Part shown: positions 46,077 through 56,113 of the stretch, piece after piece
Layout of the letters: the number at the start of each line of letters is the position of its first letter
How positions within the stretch are numbered: position 1 is the first letter of the stretch
Source of the DNA: an uncultured delta proteobacterium
GTDB lineage: Bacteria > Myxococcota_A > Polyangia > Polyangiales > Polyangiaceae
Assembly: GCA_963716725.1 (NCBI GenBank)
Contig: CAVQUB010000011.1
Coordinates: 1-64,000 of the forward strand
Reading direction: 5' to 3'
DNA: 64,000 bases
The notes under the pieces: model-generated
What the model saw: only the letters and a program-made list of their open reading frames with translations
The model's database searches: none
Told to the model about the DNA's origin: nothing
Position numbers and translations under genes: made by a program

Positions 46077-46802
46077 TCACCCCGCGGTCGGCTTCGACAG
46101 CACGCGATTGGCCACGAGCTCCGCCACCTCTGGGTGGTAGAGCAGCCCGTTGTGGCCGCAGCCGTCGACCTCGACGCGCTGACCGTGGTGCAGCGACGCA
46201 TCCTCGGTCACCAGCGCGTCGGCCGCGGCGACAACCGACAGGTGCGGCACGCCGCAGTCGCCCCGCTCCGCCAGCCGCGTGAGCACTGCGCTGCCCGGTG
46301 CGATGTCCCGACCCGCCGCCGCGGGCATCAGCTTGGCCCGCTTCGTCCCACGAAACGGGCTGGCGAGGGAGATGCTCTGCACGATCCTGGGGTCCCCGCC
46401 CAGCTCCTGCACGAACCAGCGCGCGACCAGCCCGCCCATGCTGTGGCCGATCAAGTGGACGTGCACCCCCGATGGCATCCGGTCGACGAGCTCGGCCAGC
46501 TGCTCGGCGACGGCGGCCACGCCGGGCCCGGGCGCGTAGGAGAACGAGGCCGCGTGCGCGCCGGTCTTCTCTTGGACCACCTCGCGGATCGGCCTGAGCA
46601 CGCCCGCGGTGGCGAAGAGGCCATGGATGAACACCGCGACGTGCGCGCCGGGCTCCGCCAGGCGTGGATAGGACGCCGCGACATCGCGGTGCAGCAGCGT
46701 CGCCTGGCGCGCGAAGGCCATCGCCTCGCGACCGACGTCGCGGATCCTCGAGATCGGGCTGCCGCCCGCGAACGCCGTCAGGTTGGCCAGCCCGCGCTTC
46801 AT
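46077..46802 (-). CDS. Alpha/beta hydrolase (lipase-like)
   Basis: IHG, GHSMGG, GH motifs. Confidence 0.85.
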   Translation of the reverse strand: MKRGLANLTAFAGGSPISRIRDVGREAMAFARQATLLHRDVAASYPRLAEPGAHVAVFIHGLFATAGVLRPIREVVQEKTGAHAASFSYAPGPGVAAVAEQLAELVDRMPSGVHVHLIGHSMGGLVARWFVQELGGDPRIVQSISLASPFRGTKRAKLMPAAAGRDIAPGSAVLTRLAERGDCGVPHLSVVAAADALVTEDASLHHGQRVEVDGCGHNGLLYHPEVAELVANRVLSKPTAG

Positions 46803-46908
46803 CCGTTCTCCTGGTTTGTAGCTCACCGTCCCGGCAAACGGCACCTTCTTGTCATCCGCACCCGGCTCGCGCCAAGCTGCGTCGAGTGCTTCGCAACGGG
46901 AGAGTCGG

Positions 46909-47352
46909 GTGAGTGCCGCAGAGTTCGCTGTACCCGCGAACGCGTTTTCGCACTCCTTCGGCGTTCCGCGGAGCGACATCGACGACCTCGGACACGCCAG
47001 CAACGTCGCCTGGGTCCGCTGGGTCCAGGACGCGGCGACGTCCCACTCGCGGGCGGTGGGCCTGGGTCTCGACGAGTACCGCGCCCTCGGCGTGCTGTGG
47101 GTGGTCCGGCGTCACGAGATCGAGTACCTGGCCCCGGCCTTCGCCGATCAAGAGCTCAGCGCCGCGACCTGGATCGACTCGATGCGCGCGGCGACCAGCT
47201 TGCGCCGCACCGTGATCCGGCGCCGGCAGGACGGCGCCCAGCTCTGCCACGCGGCCACGACCTGGGTGCTGATCGACCTCGTCAGCGGTCGGCCGACGCG
47301 CGTGCCCAAGGCGCTGCTCGAGCGCTACGGTTTCGTCGGTTCTAGCCGCTGA
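46909..47352 (+). CDS. Acyl-CoA thioesterase (4HBT/YbgC-like)
   Basis: DIDDLGHASN..WV, VVRRHEIEY. Confidence 0.88.
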   Translation: MSAAEFAVPANAFSHSFGVPRSDIDDLGHASNVAWVRWVQDAATSHSRAVGLGLDEYRALGVLWVVRRHEIEYLAPAFADQELSAATWIDSMRAATSLRRTVIRRRQDGAQLCHAATTWVLIDLVSGRPTRVPKALLERYGFVGSSR

Positions 47353-47917
47353 AGTCCTCGGCCAGCGCCGCTACCGTGGTAGCCGACAGCTCGACCTCGC
47401 CGCGATACGCGGGGTGATCGACGCCGATACGCAAGGTCTTCTTGGCGCGGATCGCGACCACGGCCTCGGCGGACAGCGGGAACTTCACATAGTGAACGGC
47501 CGTGGTGCGGTCTCGGCGATCGTTGCGCGAATCAGGCACGTTGGGGAAGCGCTGCCCCTCGACCACGACGTAGAACTTGTCTTCGAGCCCGGCCAGGCGC
47601 TCGAGCATGGCCTCGCGCACGTCCCGCGCGTCGTACTCGACGAAGATGGTCGCCGACAGCTCCGAGTCTCCGGGCACCAGCTCGTTGTAGGTCTCGATCT
47701 CGTGCAGCAGGGCCTTCTCGGCGCTGATGCGCTCGGTGCGCAGCATCTCTTGGATTTGATAGAGGGCCGTGTCGTGGTTCTCGAAGAGCACGGTCATGTT
47801 GGGGCCGAGGGCGGTTCGGCGGCGCTTCTTCTCCTCGATGACGCGGCCGCGAAAGTGCTCACGGATCTGCTCGTACGCCCCGAGGTCCAAGACCTCACTT
47901 CGAGACACCGGTTTCAT
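47342..47917 (-). CDS. DUF3501 family protein
   Basis: FEN..T..YQIQEMLRTE, YNELVP, AVHYVKF; context with rubrerythrin. Confidence 0.85.
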   Translation of the reverse strand: MKPVSRSEVLDLGAYEQIREHFRGRVIEEKKRRRTALGPNMTVLFENHDTALYQIQEMLRTERISAEKALLHEIETYNELVPGDSELSATIFVEYDARDVREAMLERLAGLEDKFYVVVEGQRFPNVPDSRNDRRDRTTAVHYVKFPLSAEAVVAIRAKKTLRIGVDHPAYRGEVELSATTVAALAEDFSG

Positions 47918-49302
47918 GGGCTGTCCTCCGCAGTCGGCGCGCTCGCGCCCGCAAGGCCCGGAACGTCGTCCAGGCCGTAGGCGACCGCCAGCGCTTCGAT
48001 GGGGTGAACGCCGGCCGCCCGTTCTCCTTGCAGGATGCGCTGAGGCGAGCCAGGCTGCAGTCGGTGATCACCAGAGTCGGGCTCTTCGTTCTCGATGGCC
48101 TCGCCATGCGCAGCGCGTACTTGCGACCCTTCTCGTAGTACTTCGCCTTCATGCCCCAGGTGCCGTCGACGGCCGAGCACCGCTCGACGATCTCGCACCT
48201 CGGTGTCGGGCAGCGGGCCGAGGATGCGAGCGCCGGGCATGGCGATTTTCTGCGCGCGAAGGTGGCAGGCCGCGTGGTAGCGCGACCTTGCCGTAGCCTC
48301 GCTCGGAAGTCCCGGTTCGAGCGTCTTGGCCTTGCGCAGCCCGCTCCAGGAACTCCATCAGATCGAGGGTGTGCGCGGCGACCTCTTTCGCCTCGGCGCG
48401 TCCCGAGGTAGCTCGGGCCATTCCTTCTTCATGGTGTACCCGCAGGTCGGCCCGGGCACGACGACGGCGCGCCCGGCGCACGTGGGGCAGAGCAGCTCCA
48501 CGTTGTACTGCATCTTCGCGCTGGCGGCGTCGATGTCGCCGCCGTCGAGGTTCGGCATGCCGCAGCAGGTGGCGCCTGGGTACGCGTGACCGAGTAGCCG
48601 TTCTTCTCGAGCACGAGCACCGCGGCGCGCGGCGACCTCGGGGAAGTTGTAGTCACCGTGGCAGGTCGGGAAGAGCACGACCTCGCCGGCGTTGCCCGCG
48701 CTCTCGACGGGCCTCGTGCGTCGCGAGCCAGCTGGCTCGAAGGGCTCGCTGCGACAGCGGCGGCAGCGGGAAACTCTGCGCTGATGCCGAGCGTCAGCTT
48801 CCGTGCACCTTCCGCACCAGGCGCTTCGCGTTGACGAGGTTCGCAGGGCGCGCCGCGACCGGCGCCCGCCCAGCCCGACCAGCTGCGGCTCGCCGAGCAC
48901 GCGGTCGACGATGCGCGATGCCGTCGCGCCGCGCGCGCTGCGCCTTCTCGCGCTGGCCATCAGGCGCGGGAAGTCGAGCAGCTCCACGCGCGCCCTCGTC
49001 CTCCGTGTACGGGCACTTGATGTAAGCAGAGCTTGCACTGCCAGCAGATGGTCGGTGACCTACGCTGAGGTCTCCGCGTCGAGCATCTCGGCGCCCTCGG
49101 CGCGGCCGCGACTCGATGTCGCGGTCGACCGCGTCGAAGAGATCGGGAACGATGCCGCAGAAGGTCACGCACATGCGGCACTCGTGGCAGATCTGGAAGA
49201 TGCGCCGGAGCTCGTCCTCGAGATCGCGGTCGTCCCAGTAGCGCGGGTCGTTGGATCGAGACGCGGGGGCGCAGGCGGCGGGTGCGGGGCAGGCTGGCTC
49301 AT
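47914..49302 (-). CDS. Rubrerythrin-associated Fe-S oxidoreductase (GlpC-like), many indels
   Basis: CHECRMC..FC, CWQCKLC, CCGMP, ITDC, HPIE fragments across frames. Confidence 0.8.
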
Positions 49303-49389
49303 GGCGTGTCTCGTCATAGCAAGAAGGGGCCGCCGACTGCGCGACGGGCGCGGAGCCGCGGGCCTCACTTCGACTGCCGAGGCCCCGGC

Positions 49390-49819
49390 TCAGACGTCGA
49401 GCTCTGTCGAGCGCCTTCTGCGAAGCGACCGGCGTGGCTCTTCTCGGCCTTGGCGAGCGTCTCGAACCACTCGGCGATGTCGTCGAAGCCCTCTTCGCGC
49501 GCGGTCTTCGCCATGCCCGGGTACATGGTCTCGTACTCGTGGGTCTCACCGGCGACGGCGGCCACGAGGTTCTTCGCCGTCGAGCCAATGGGCTTGTCCG
49601 GTGGCCGGATCGCCGACCTGCTTCAGGAAGTCCAGGTGACCGTGGGCGTGGCCGGTCTCGCCGTCCGCCGTGTCCTTGAAGAGTCCCGGCGACGTCCGGG
49701 CAAGCCTTCGACGTCGGCGACCTTGCGCGAAGTAGAGGTAGCGGCGGTTCGCCTGCGACTCGCCGGCGAAGGCCTCCTTCAGGTTGCTGGTGGGTCTTGG
49801 TTCCTTCGAGCTTTGCCAT
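49390..49819 (-). CDS. Rubrerythrin (short type), frameshifted
   Basis: [43 protein letters not shown]. Confidence 0.9.
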
Positions 49820-49914
49820 TTTCCAGTCCCTCCGGTGGGCGCGAGACACTCGCGCCGGTCTTGGTCGGTCAACGCCGATGCAGAATGCGTAAGGCCGCTG
49901 CGAAGCGGCCGCCA

Positions 49915-49950
49915 ATCGAATCTACTGATGCGCAGTTAAGCAAAGGTTAT
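49915..49950. promoter_or_regulatory. Putative OxyR/LysR binding region
   Basis: ATCG-N7-TGAT followed by TTAA-N7-TTAT between the divergent genes. Confidence 0.45.
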
Positions 49951-50026
49951 CGGCCGGCCGGCAGGCTAGTCGGCATAAATTGCGCCAAGTTGTGTCCGCT
50001 CCCGCTGCACGGTAGCGAAACGCACG

Positions 50027-50992
50027 ATGGACCTCGCGAACGTCACGTTGACCCAGCTCAGGTACGTCGTGGCGGTGGACCGTTTTCGGTCCTTCCGCCT
50101 CGCGGCCGAGCACTGCCACGTGTCCCAGCCCGCGCTGAGCATGCAGCTCGGCAAACTGGAGGAGCTTCTGGATCTGGTCGTGTTCGACCGCAGCCGCCAG
50201 CCCGTGGTGCCTACCGCGCGGGGAGCTGCGGTCGTGGCCCAGGCTCGCGCTATCCTCCACGAGACAGAGCGACTGGCGGAGGTGGCCCAAGGCGAGACGG
50301 AGATCGCGGGACGCTACCGCCTCGGCATCATCCCTTCCCTCGCCCCGACCCTCGTCCCGCGCTTCTTGCCCGCCTTCTCCCGCGAGTACCCCAAGGTCGA
50401 GCTGGTCGTCGAAGAAGTGCAGACCGACGCGATGCTGCGTCGCTTGCAAGACGACTCCTTGGACGGCGGCGTCGCGGTCACTCCCCTCGGCGCCGCGGGA
50501 GTGCACGAGCAGGAGCTGTTCAGGGAGCCGCTCTACGCCTACCTGCCACCGCGGCATGCGCTCGGCAAGCGCGCGCGAGTCCGACAGAGCGATCTCGTCG
50601 ACGAGCAGGTCTGGCTGATGGCCGAGGGGCATTGCTTCCGAACGCAGGTGCTGCACCTGTGCCGCGTGAGCCAAGAGAGTGAGCGCCGCGGCGCGCGCTT
50701 CGAGAGCGGGAGCTTCGAGACGCTGGTGCGCTTGGTCGACGCCGGACAGGGCGTCACGGTGCTGCCCGAGCTTGTCGTGCAAGGCCTCGCGCTTCCTCAC
50801 CAGAAGAAGCGCGTGCGGCCCTTCGCCGCGCCAGTGCCGGTCCGTCAGGTGAGCTTCGTCCACGCCCGGGAGCACCTGCACCGCGCCATCGCCGGCGCGC
50901 TGATCAGCGCTCTCAAGCACGCGACTCGCGGGGTCGGAGGCGCCGGGCGGACCCCGTCGATCATCGTCCCGGTGACGGACACGCCGGACTGA
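50027..50992 (+). CDS. oxyR: OxyR-type LysR regulator
   Basis: Lys[17 protein letters not shown] redox Cys pair. Confidence 0.85.
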   Translation: MDLANVTLTQLRYVVAVDRFRSFRLAAEHCHVSQPALSMQLGKLEELLDLVVFDRSRQPVVPTARGAAVVAQARAILHETERLAEVAQGETEIAGRYRLGIIPSLAPTLVPRFLPAFSREYPKVELVVEEVQTDAMLRRLQDDSLDGGVAVTPLGAAGVHEQELFREPLYAYLPPRHALGKRARVRQSDLVDEQVWLMAEGHCFRTQVLHLCRVSQESERRGARFESGSFETLVRLVDAGQGVTVLPELVVQGLALPHQKKRVRPFAAPVPVRQVSFVHAREHLHRAIAGALISALKHATRGVGGAGRTPSIIVPVTDTPD

Positions 50993-51985
50993 TCAGCCGC
51001 TCTCGACCAGTACGCTGAGGCCCTTGGCGCCCAGCACGGCGTAATTGCGCACGCAGTTGTTGAAGATGGCGTGGACGCGCGACGCCTTGTCCGCGAGCGC
51101 GCGCACGGGCCGAGCCCAGGAGGCGAGCTCCTCCGGTGCGTAGAGGTAGTCGAAGCGCTCGTGCACGCTCGCGCCCTTCTTGGTCCACCCCGCGCGGTTG
51201 TGACCGTGGAAGCGCACCAGGGCGAGCTCCGGGTTCGTGACGACGGTGACCGGAGGCACCCCGCCCTGATCGACGTCCGGCTCATCGACGCACACGTAGA
51301 AAAGCTGGAGCGAGCGGAGCAGGTCGAAGACGCGCTCACGCCGCTCGGACAAGAGCCAGCTCTTGTTGCGGAACTCGACCGAGATCGGCACCTCGGGCCA
51401 ACGCTCGCGCAGCCCTTCGAGCTTCCGCGCGTTGCCGCGCGTCGCCGAGAACCAGGGCGGGAACTGGGCCATCACGCAGCCGAGCCGGCCGGCGTGGACC
51501 AGGGGCTGGAGCAGCGCGCGGAAGCGCTGCGCGATTTCATCGGCGATCTCCCGGGGCATCCTCTCGGGATACAGCCGGGGACCCCGACCGGCGAGGGCCT
51601 GGGCCAGATCCCCTGGCAATCGAGCCACGTCGACGGGATGACCGGTGACGATCGGATGCGCCTTCACGTCGAATACGAAGGAGGGCGGCGTGCACTCGAG
51701 CCAGCGCTCGGCCGTCTCCGGCGGCAGCAGCGTGTAGTAGGTGGCGTCGACCTCCACCATCGAAAATTGGCTGGCGTAAAACCGGAGCCTGGACTCCGCG
51801 CTGCTGCAACCCTTCGGATAGAACAGGCCGCCGCGCACCAGCGTCTTGTCGGTCCAGCCCGCGCTGCCGAACACGACGTTGCCGACGACGGCCGGAGTCT
51901 TCGCCGCGAGCGCGAGGTCGGTCGCGGCCGAGTATCGCGCGGGATCCGGCTCCGGCAGAAACGCGCTCGGTGCCTTGGCGCTCAG
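50993..51985 (-). CDS. DUF72 (YecE-like) protein; start CTG 51985 or GTG 51874
   Basis: GSAGW, VEVDATYY, QFPP, VEFR, RFHG.N, FDYLY, FNN. Confidence 0.85.
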   Translation of the reverse strand: MSAKAPSAFLPEPDPARYSAATDLALAAKTPAVVGNVVFGSAGWTDKTLVRGGLFYPKGCSSAESRLRFYASQFSMVEVDATYYTLLPPETAERWLECTPPSFVFDVKAHPIVTGHPVDVARLPGDLAQALAGRGPRLYPERMPREIADEIAQRFRALLQPLVHAGRLGCVMAQFPPWFSATRGNARKLEGLRERWPEVPISVEFRNKSWLLSERRERVFDLLRSLQLFYVCVDEPDVDQGGVPPVTVVTNPELALVRFHGHNRAGWTKKGASVHERFDYLYAPEELASWARPVRALADKASRVHAIFNNCVRNYAVLGAKGLSVLVESG

Positions 51986-52923
51986 GTTGGCCTCGGTCTC
52001 GCGATGCGCTCGGCGAGCGCCCGCACCGTCAGCGGGCTCGAGCCTTCGGCCTTGTTGTTCACGATCACGAGCAGCACCTTGCCGAGCTTCTCGCAGGCCT
52101 CAGCGAGGCGGGCCACGTCGTCGCGCATCTTCTCTTGCGGATCGACGACGCGGTCGAAGGGCGCGAGGCTGCGCTTGCGGTCTTCGTAGCTCTGTCCAGG
52201 CGGGATCAGCAGCCGAGACACGACGAAGGGCGCGGTGAGCACCCCGGGCACGTCCAGCTGCGCGCCAATGTCGGGCATGCGCTGCCAGAAGTTGAGCACG
52301 TGGCCCACGCCATGCTGCGCGAGCACCTCGAGGTAGCCGTGGCTGAGAAGCTCAGGGTTCCGGAGCTCGACGGCGTAGCTGAGCTGGCGGGGTAGCTTCG
52401 CGAAGAACTCACCGAGGCGATCGGCGAAGGCCCGGGGTTCGGGCAGCTCGCGCCGGCGCAAAGGAGGAAACTCGAAGACCAATGGCCCCGCGTGTTCGGC
52501 GAAGGCGTCGTCGATGGGACCGAGCACGCGCTCGACCACGCAGTCGACGGAGAGGAAGCGGGGGTTGGGCTCGCGAGTCTTGGGGTCGACCGCTTGGGTG
52601 ATGGCGTTCCACACCTTCATCACGGCGCGAAACCCGGGCGGCAGCTGCTCCGCGTAGCGCTTCAGGGTCGAGCGGTCGAGCGGAGCGTAGTAGCTGCGAT
52701 CGATGCCGACTGTGGTGAACAACGGGTGACGCGCGTACAGCTCGAGCCCGCGTTCGAGCAGGTCGGCCTCGGTCGTTCCCGGGGGGTAGACCAGGTTCCC
52801 CCACCCCGGGAAAGTCCACGAAGAGGTCCCGAACGAAACATGCGGCGGCAGGCCAGCGGCGAGGGCACGCTCGGCGGAAAAATCGAGCCCTGGCGCACCG
52901 AAGAGGCCGAGCTGTCGAGCCAT
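51982..52923 (-). CDS. DUF72 (YecE-like) protein with N-terminal QLGLF
   Basis: GTSSWTFPGW, IDRSYY, VELRN, NNKAEGS. Confidence 0.85.
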   Translation of the reverse strand: MARQLGLFGAPGLDFSAERALAAGLPPHVSFGTSSWTFPGWGNLVYPPGTTEADLLERGLELYARHPLFTTVGIDRSYYAPLDRSTLKRYAEQLPPGFRAVMKVWNAITQAVDPKTREPNPRFLSVDCVVERVLGPIDDAFAEHAGPLVFEFPPLRRRELPEPRAFADRLGEFFAKLPRQLSYAVELRNPELLSHGYLEVLAQHGVGHVLNFWQRMPDIGAQLDVPGVLTAPFVVSRLLIPPGQSYEDRKRSLAPFDRVVDPQEKMRDDVARLAEACEKLGKVLLVIVNNKAEGSSPLTVRALAERIARPRPT

Positions 52924-54005
52924 CAGACTCGCCCGATCACCGTGGCCTCGACGCCGCGCTCGGCGAGCAGCCGCACCCCGTGGATCAACATCGCAAAACG
53001 CTCGTCCTGGGTCAGCCCCGATTTGTACCGGTAGTAGATCTGCTGGAGCACCACCGCCGTCTTGAACAAGCCAAAGCAATAGTAATAGAGGATGTTGGCG
53101 ACGTCGCGGCCGCTCTTTGCCGCGTAGCGATCCGCGATCTCGCGCCGCGTGGCGCTGCCCGGGATGGTCGTGGGACCCCAGCGGACGGCCTGGAAGGGCT
53201 CGGCGTCCGCCGCCTCGATCCAGTACGAGAGCGTGGTGCCGAGGTCCATCAGCGGATCCCCGACGGTGCACATCTCCCAGTCGAGCACGCCGATGATGCG
53301 GGTCGGATCGTCGCGATCGAGCACCAGGTTGTCGAGCTTGAAGTCGTTGTGGATGAGCGAAGGCGCGCCGTCGGCAGGAATGCGCTCGGCGAGCCAGCGA
53401 CCGAGCTGGTCGACGGCGGCAATCTCGTCGGTGCGCGAGCCCGCGTAGCGCTCGGTCCAACCCCGGATCTGCCGCTCGACGTAGCCCTCGGGCTTGCCCA
53501 GATCGCCCAGGCCGATGGCCGAGAAATCGATGGCGTGCAGCTCCACGAGCCGATCGACCAACTCGCGGTGCAGCGCGCTCACCTGCAGCGCGTCGAGTTC
53601 GAGCCCGTGAGGCAGATCTTTGCGCAGGATGAGGCCATGCACTCGGCGCATGACGTAAAACGGCGCACCAAGCACGCTCTCGTCATCGCAGTGGATCAGC
53701 GGCTCTGGCGCCAAGGGGTACGCGACGTGCAGCTTCGACAGCACCCGGTACTCGCGCCCCATGTCGTGCGCGGTCTTCACTCGACTGCCGTAGGGCGGAC
53801 GGCGCAAGACGTACTCACGCGCGCCGGCGCGCACCAGGTAGGTGAGATTGGAGTGGCCCGACGGAAACTGCTGAATGGAGAGCTCAGCGCGCTCGGCTAT
53901 CTCGGGGATATTTTCCCTCAGGTATTGCGCCAAGGGCTCGAGGTCGACCTCCTCCCCGGCGCGAATCGGCTCGGCGCCGTCCAACCAACGTTCGTGGCTC
54001 GACAT
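52923..54005 (-). CDS. APH-family phosphotransferase (LvaA/ACAD10-kinase-like)
   Basis: GHSNLTY, VLRRPP, AHDMGRE, HNDFKLDN, LDWE..GDP. Confidence 0.9.
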   Translation of the reverse strand: MSSHERWLDGAEPIRAGEEVDLEPLAQYLRENIPEIAERAELSIQQFPSGHSNLTYLVRAGAREYVLRRPPYGSRVKTAHDMGREYRVLSKLHVAYPLAPEPLIHCDDESVLGAPFYVMRRVHGLILRKDLPHGLELDALQVSALHRELVDRLVELHAIDFSAIGLGDLGKPEGYVERQIRGWTERYAGSRTDEIAAVDQLGRWLAERIPADGAPSLIHNDFKLDNLVLDRDDPTRIIGVLDWEMCTVGDPLMDLGTTLSYWIEAADAEPFQAVRWGPTTIPGSATRREIADRYAAKSGRDVANILYYYCFGLFKTAVVLQQIYYRYKSGLTQDERFAMLIHGVRLLAERGVEATVIGRV

Positions 54006-55240
54006 CACTTCACGTCGATATCGACGCAGGTCATCGAGCCGAGGCTTCCGTCATAGCCATCGTCCTTGATGCCGAGGCCGAGATCCGCCGCCGTCGCCCG
54101 CGTGAAGCTGCCATCGCTGCTCACGACGGTCAGGCTCCACTGCTGGAGCTTGCCGCCAACCAACCAGATGCTGTCGCCGACGCAGAGCCTCCACTTGCCC
54201 ACGGCGTCCGCGCCCTTGAAGGCCGCCTGAAGCGAGGAGGGTCCAGGCGCCGAGCCCCGGTCGGGCTTGAAAGCGCAGATGCCGTCGTCTTTGCACACGT
54301 AGGAAAACGGCCCGATGGTGTCGCCCATGTCCTCCGCGGCGACCGCCGCGGCGTCCTGAAACGTCACCGGGTTGCCCTTGTCGTAGCCCGAGAGATCACC
54401 GGCCAAGATCCCGCCGCCGTCGTCGGCGCCCTCGCTCACGCCGGGACGGCTGACGAGGGCGATCACCGTGTTGTTCGGCCCGCGCAGCTTGACGGTCAGG
54501 TGCCCGCAGTCCTCGTGCTCGATCCCGACCTTGACGCTCACCGAGACCACCACCGAGCTGATGCACTTCGCGGTCTTCGGATCAGCGTCGCTGTCCACGT
54601 TGATGAAGCCCGCCTGACATTCGCAAACGCCAACGCTCGAGCACAGCGCGTTGGCGTCGGTGCACAGACCGCTGCAGGGATCAGCGACGGTGCCGCCGCT
54701 GCCGCCCGCGCCGCCCGCACCGCCGCTGCCGCCCGCGCCGCCGCCGCCGCCCGCGCCGCCGCTGCCGCCCGCACCGCCGGTGCCGCCCGCACCGCCGCTG
54801 CCGCCCGCGCCACCGCTGCCGCCCGCGCCGCCGCTGCCGCCCGCGCCGCCGCTGCCACCCGCGCCGCCGCTGCCGCCCGCGCCGCCGCTGCCGCTCGCGC
54901 CGCCGCTGCCACCCGCGCCGCCGCTGCCGCCCGCGCCGCCCGCGCCGCCGCTGCCACCCGCGCCGCCGCTGCCACTCGCTCCGCCGCTGCCGCTCGCGCC
55001 GCCGCTGCCACTCGCGCCGCCGCTGCCGCCGGTCGCACCGCCGCTGCCGCCGCTGCCGCCGCTCGCGCCGCCGCTGCCGCCGCTGCCGCCGCTCGCGCCG
55101 CCGCTGCCGCCGCTCGCGCCGCCGCTGCCGCCGCTGCCGCCCGCGCCAGCGGCGCCGCCTTCCTCACTGAGACCGCAGGCCGCCACGGAGAGCGCGACCG
55201 TCAAGCAGATCGAGGAGCCGAGAAATCGCCGAGCACTCAC
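54005..55240 (-). CDS. Lipoprotein with long Gly/Ser/Ala linker, EGF-like module and proprotein-convertase P-like domain
   Basis: VAAC lipobox; GGSGGA repeats at 54690-55150; H...L.V.L..P...F.G....GKW.L.V.D...W.L. Confidence 0.75.
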   Translation of the reverse strand: MSARRFLGSSICLTVALSVAACGLSEEGGAAGAGGSGGSGGASGGSGGASGGSGGSGGASGGSGGSGGATGGSGGASGSGGASGSGGASGSGGAGGSGGAGGAGGSGGAGGSGGASGSGGAGGSGGAGGSGGAGGSGGAGGSGGAGGSGGAGGTGGAGGSGGAGGGGGAGGSGGAGGAGGSGGTVADPCSGLCTDANALCSSVGVCECQAGFINVDSDADPKTAKCISSVVVSVSVKVGIEHEDCGHLTVKLRGPNNTVIALVSRPGVSEGADDGGGILAGDLSGYDKGNPVTFQDAAAVAAEDMGDTIGPFSYVCKDDGICAFKPDRGSAPGPSSLQAAFKGADAVGKWRLCVGDSIWLVGGKLQQWSLTVVSSDGSFTRATAADLGLGIKDDGYDGSLGSMTCVDIDVK

Positions 55241-55314
55241 GGGGGCGAAGTCTACCCTCGAGTCGTCGTTCGCGCATTCCTCAATCGGCCCGCCGGGCTA
55301 CTCTGGCGAGACGC

Positions 55315-56094
55315 ATGTGGAAACGCCTGATGCCCCTGGCCCTGCTCGCGGGTTGCTCGCGCACGCCGAGCTTCGACGAGCGACTCGCGGATCGGAGTGA
55401 CGGGACCCTGCCCGAAGTCCTGGCGGCGAAGGTCCCGGCCGGGGACATCACCATCGACGGCAGACTCGACGAAGCCGCGTGGCAGCGCGCGGGGTCGACC
55501 GGCATGTTCGTATCACCCTCGAGCGGGCGTCCCGCGCCAAAATCTCGGGTCAACGCCCGGGCACGCCTCGCGTGGAGCAATGACCGTCTCTTCGTTGGCA
55601 TCGTGGTGTGGGACCGCGAAGCAACCTCGCCCTTCTCACGAGACGACGTCGACCCGCACATCTGGGCCAAAGCGTCCGGGATAGAGCTCATGCTCCAGCC
55701 GGGCACGCGCAGCGACAACCGCGACTACTTCGAGGTTCAGATCGACGTTGCCGGCTCCGTTTGGGACACGCGCTTCGACGACTACAACCGGCCCATCGTC
55801 GGCGGCCCCGACGACGCCAGCAAACGCTTCGGCCATCAGGAGTGGCGAAGCCAAGTCGAACGCGCCGTCCGCAAAGAGCCGGACGCGGGCCGCTACGTCA
55901 TCGAGCTCGGGATCCCGTTTGGCTCGCTGAGCACGCGCTCCGCGGCGAACCCGCCGGGGCCGGGTGATGCTTGGCGCATGAACCTGTACAGCTTCCGAGA
56001 TGGCCAGGCGGACGCGATGAGCTGGTCGCCGCTACTGGGTCAGGGCAATTTCCATCGATCGAGCCGCTTCGGCCGGCTCCGCTTCGTCGACTGA
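55315..56094 (+). CDS. CBM9/DOMON-like lipoprotein
   Basis: LAGC lipobox; ITIDGRLDEAAW, E..IPF, WRMNLY. Confidence 0.75.
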   Translation: MWKRLMPLALLAGCSRTPSFDERLADRSDGTLPEVLAAKVPAGDITIDGRLDEAAWQRAGSTGMFVSPSSGRPAPKSRVNARARLAWSNDRLFVGIVVWDREATSPFSRDDVDPHIWAKASGIELMLQPGTRSDNRDYFEVQIDVAGSVWDTRFDDYNRPIVGGPDDASKRFGHQEWRSQVERAVRKEPDAGRYVIELGIPFGSLSTRSAANPPGPGDAWRMNLYSFRDGQADAMSWSPLLGQGNFHRSSRFGRLRFVD

Positions 56095-56113
56095 GCCGTG
56101 ATATGGTGGGATC

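Noticed and set aside
47914..49819. Programmed frameshifting or true pseudogenes
   Set aside because: Many scattered indels with preserved motifs point to sequencing error
54690..55150. CRISPR-like array (also 29257-29372, 43960-44050, 59690-59860)
   Set aside because: Tandem codon-phase repeats without unique spacers, inside CDS linkers; no cas genes
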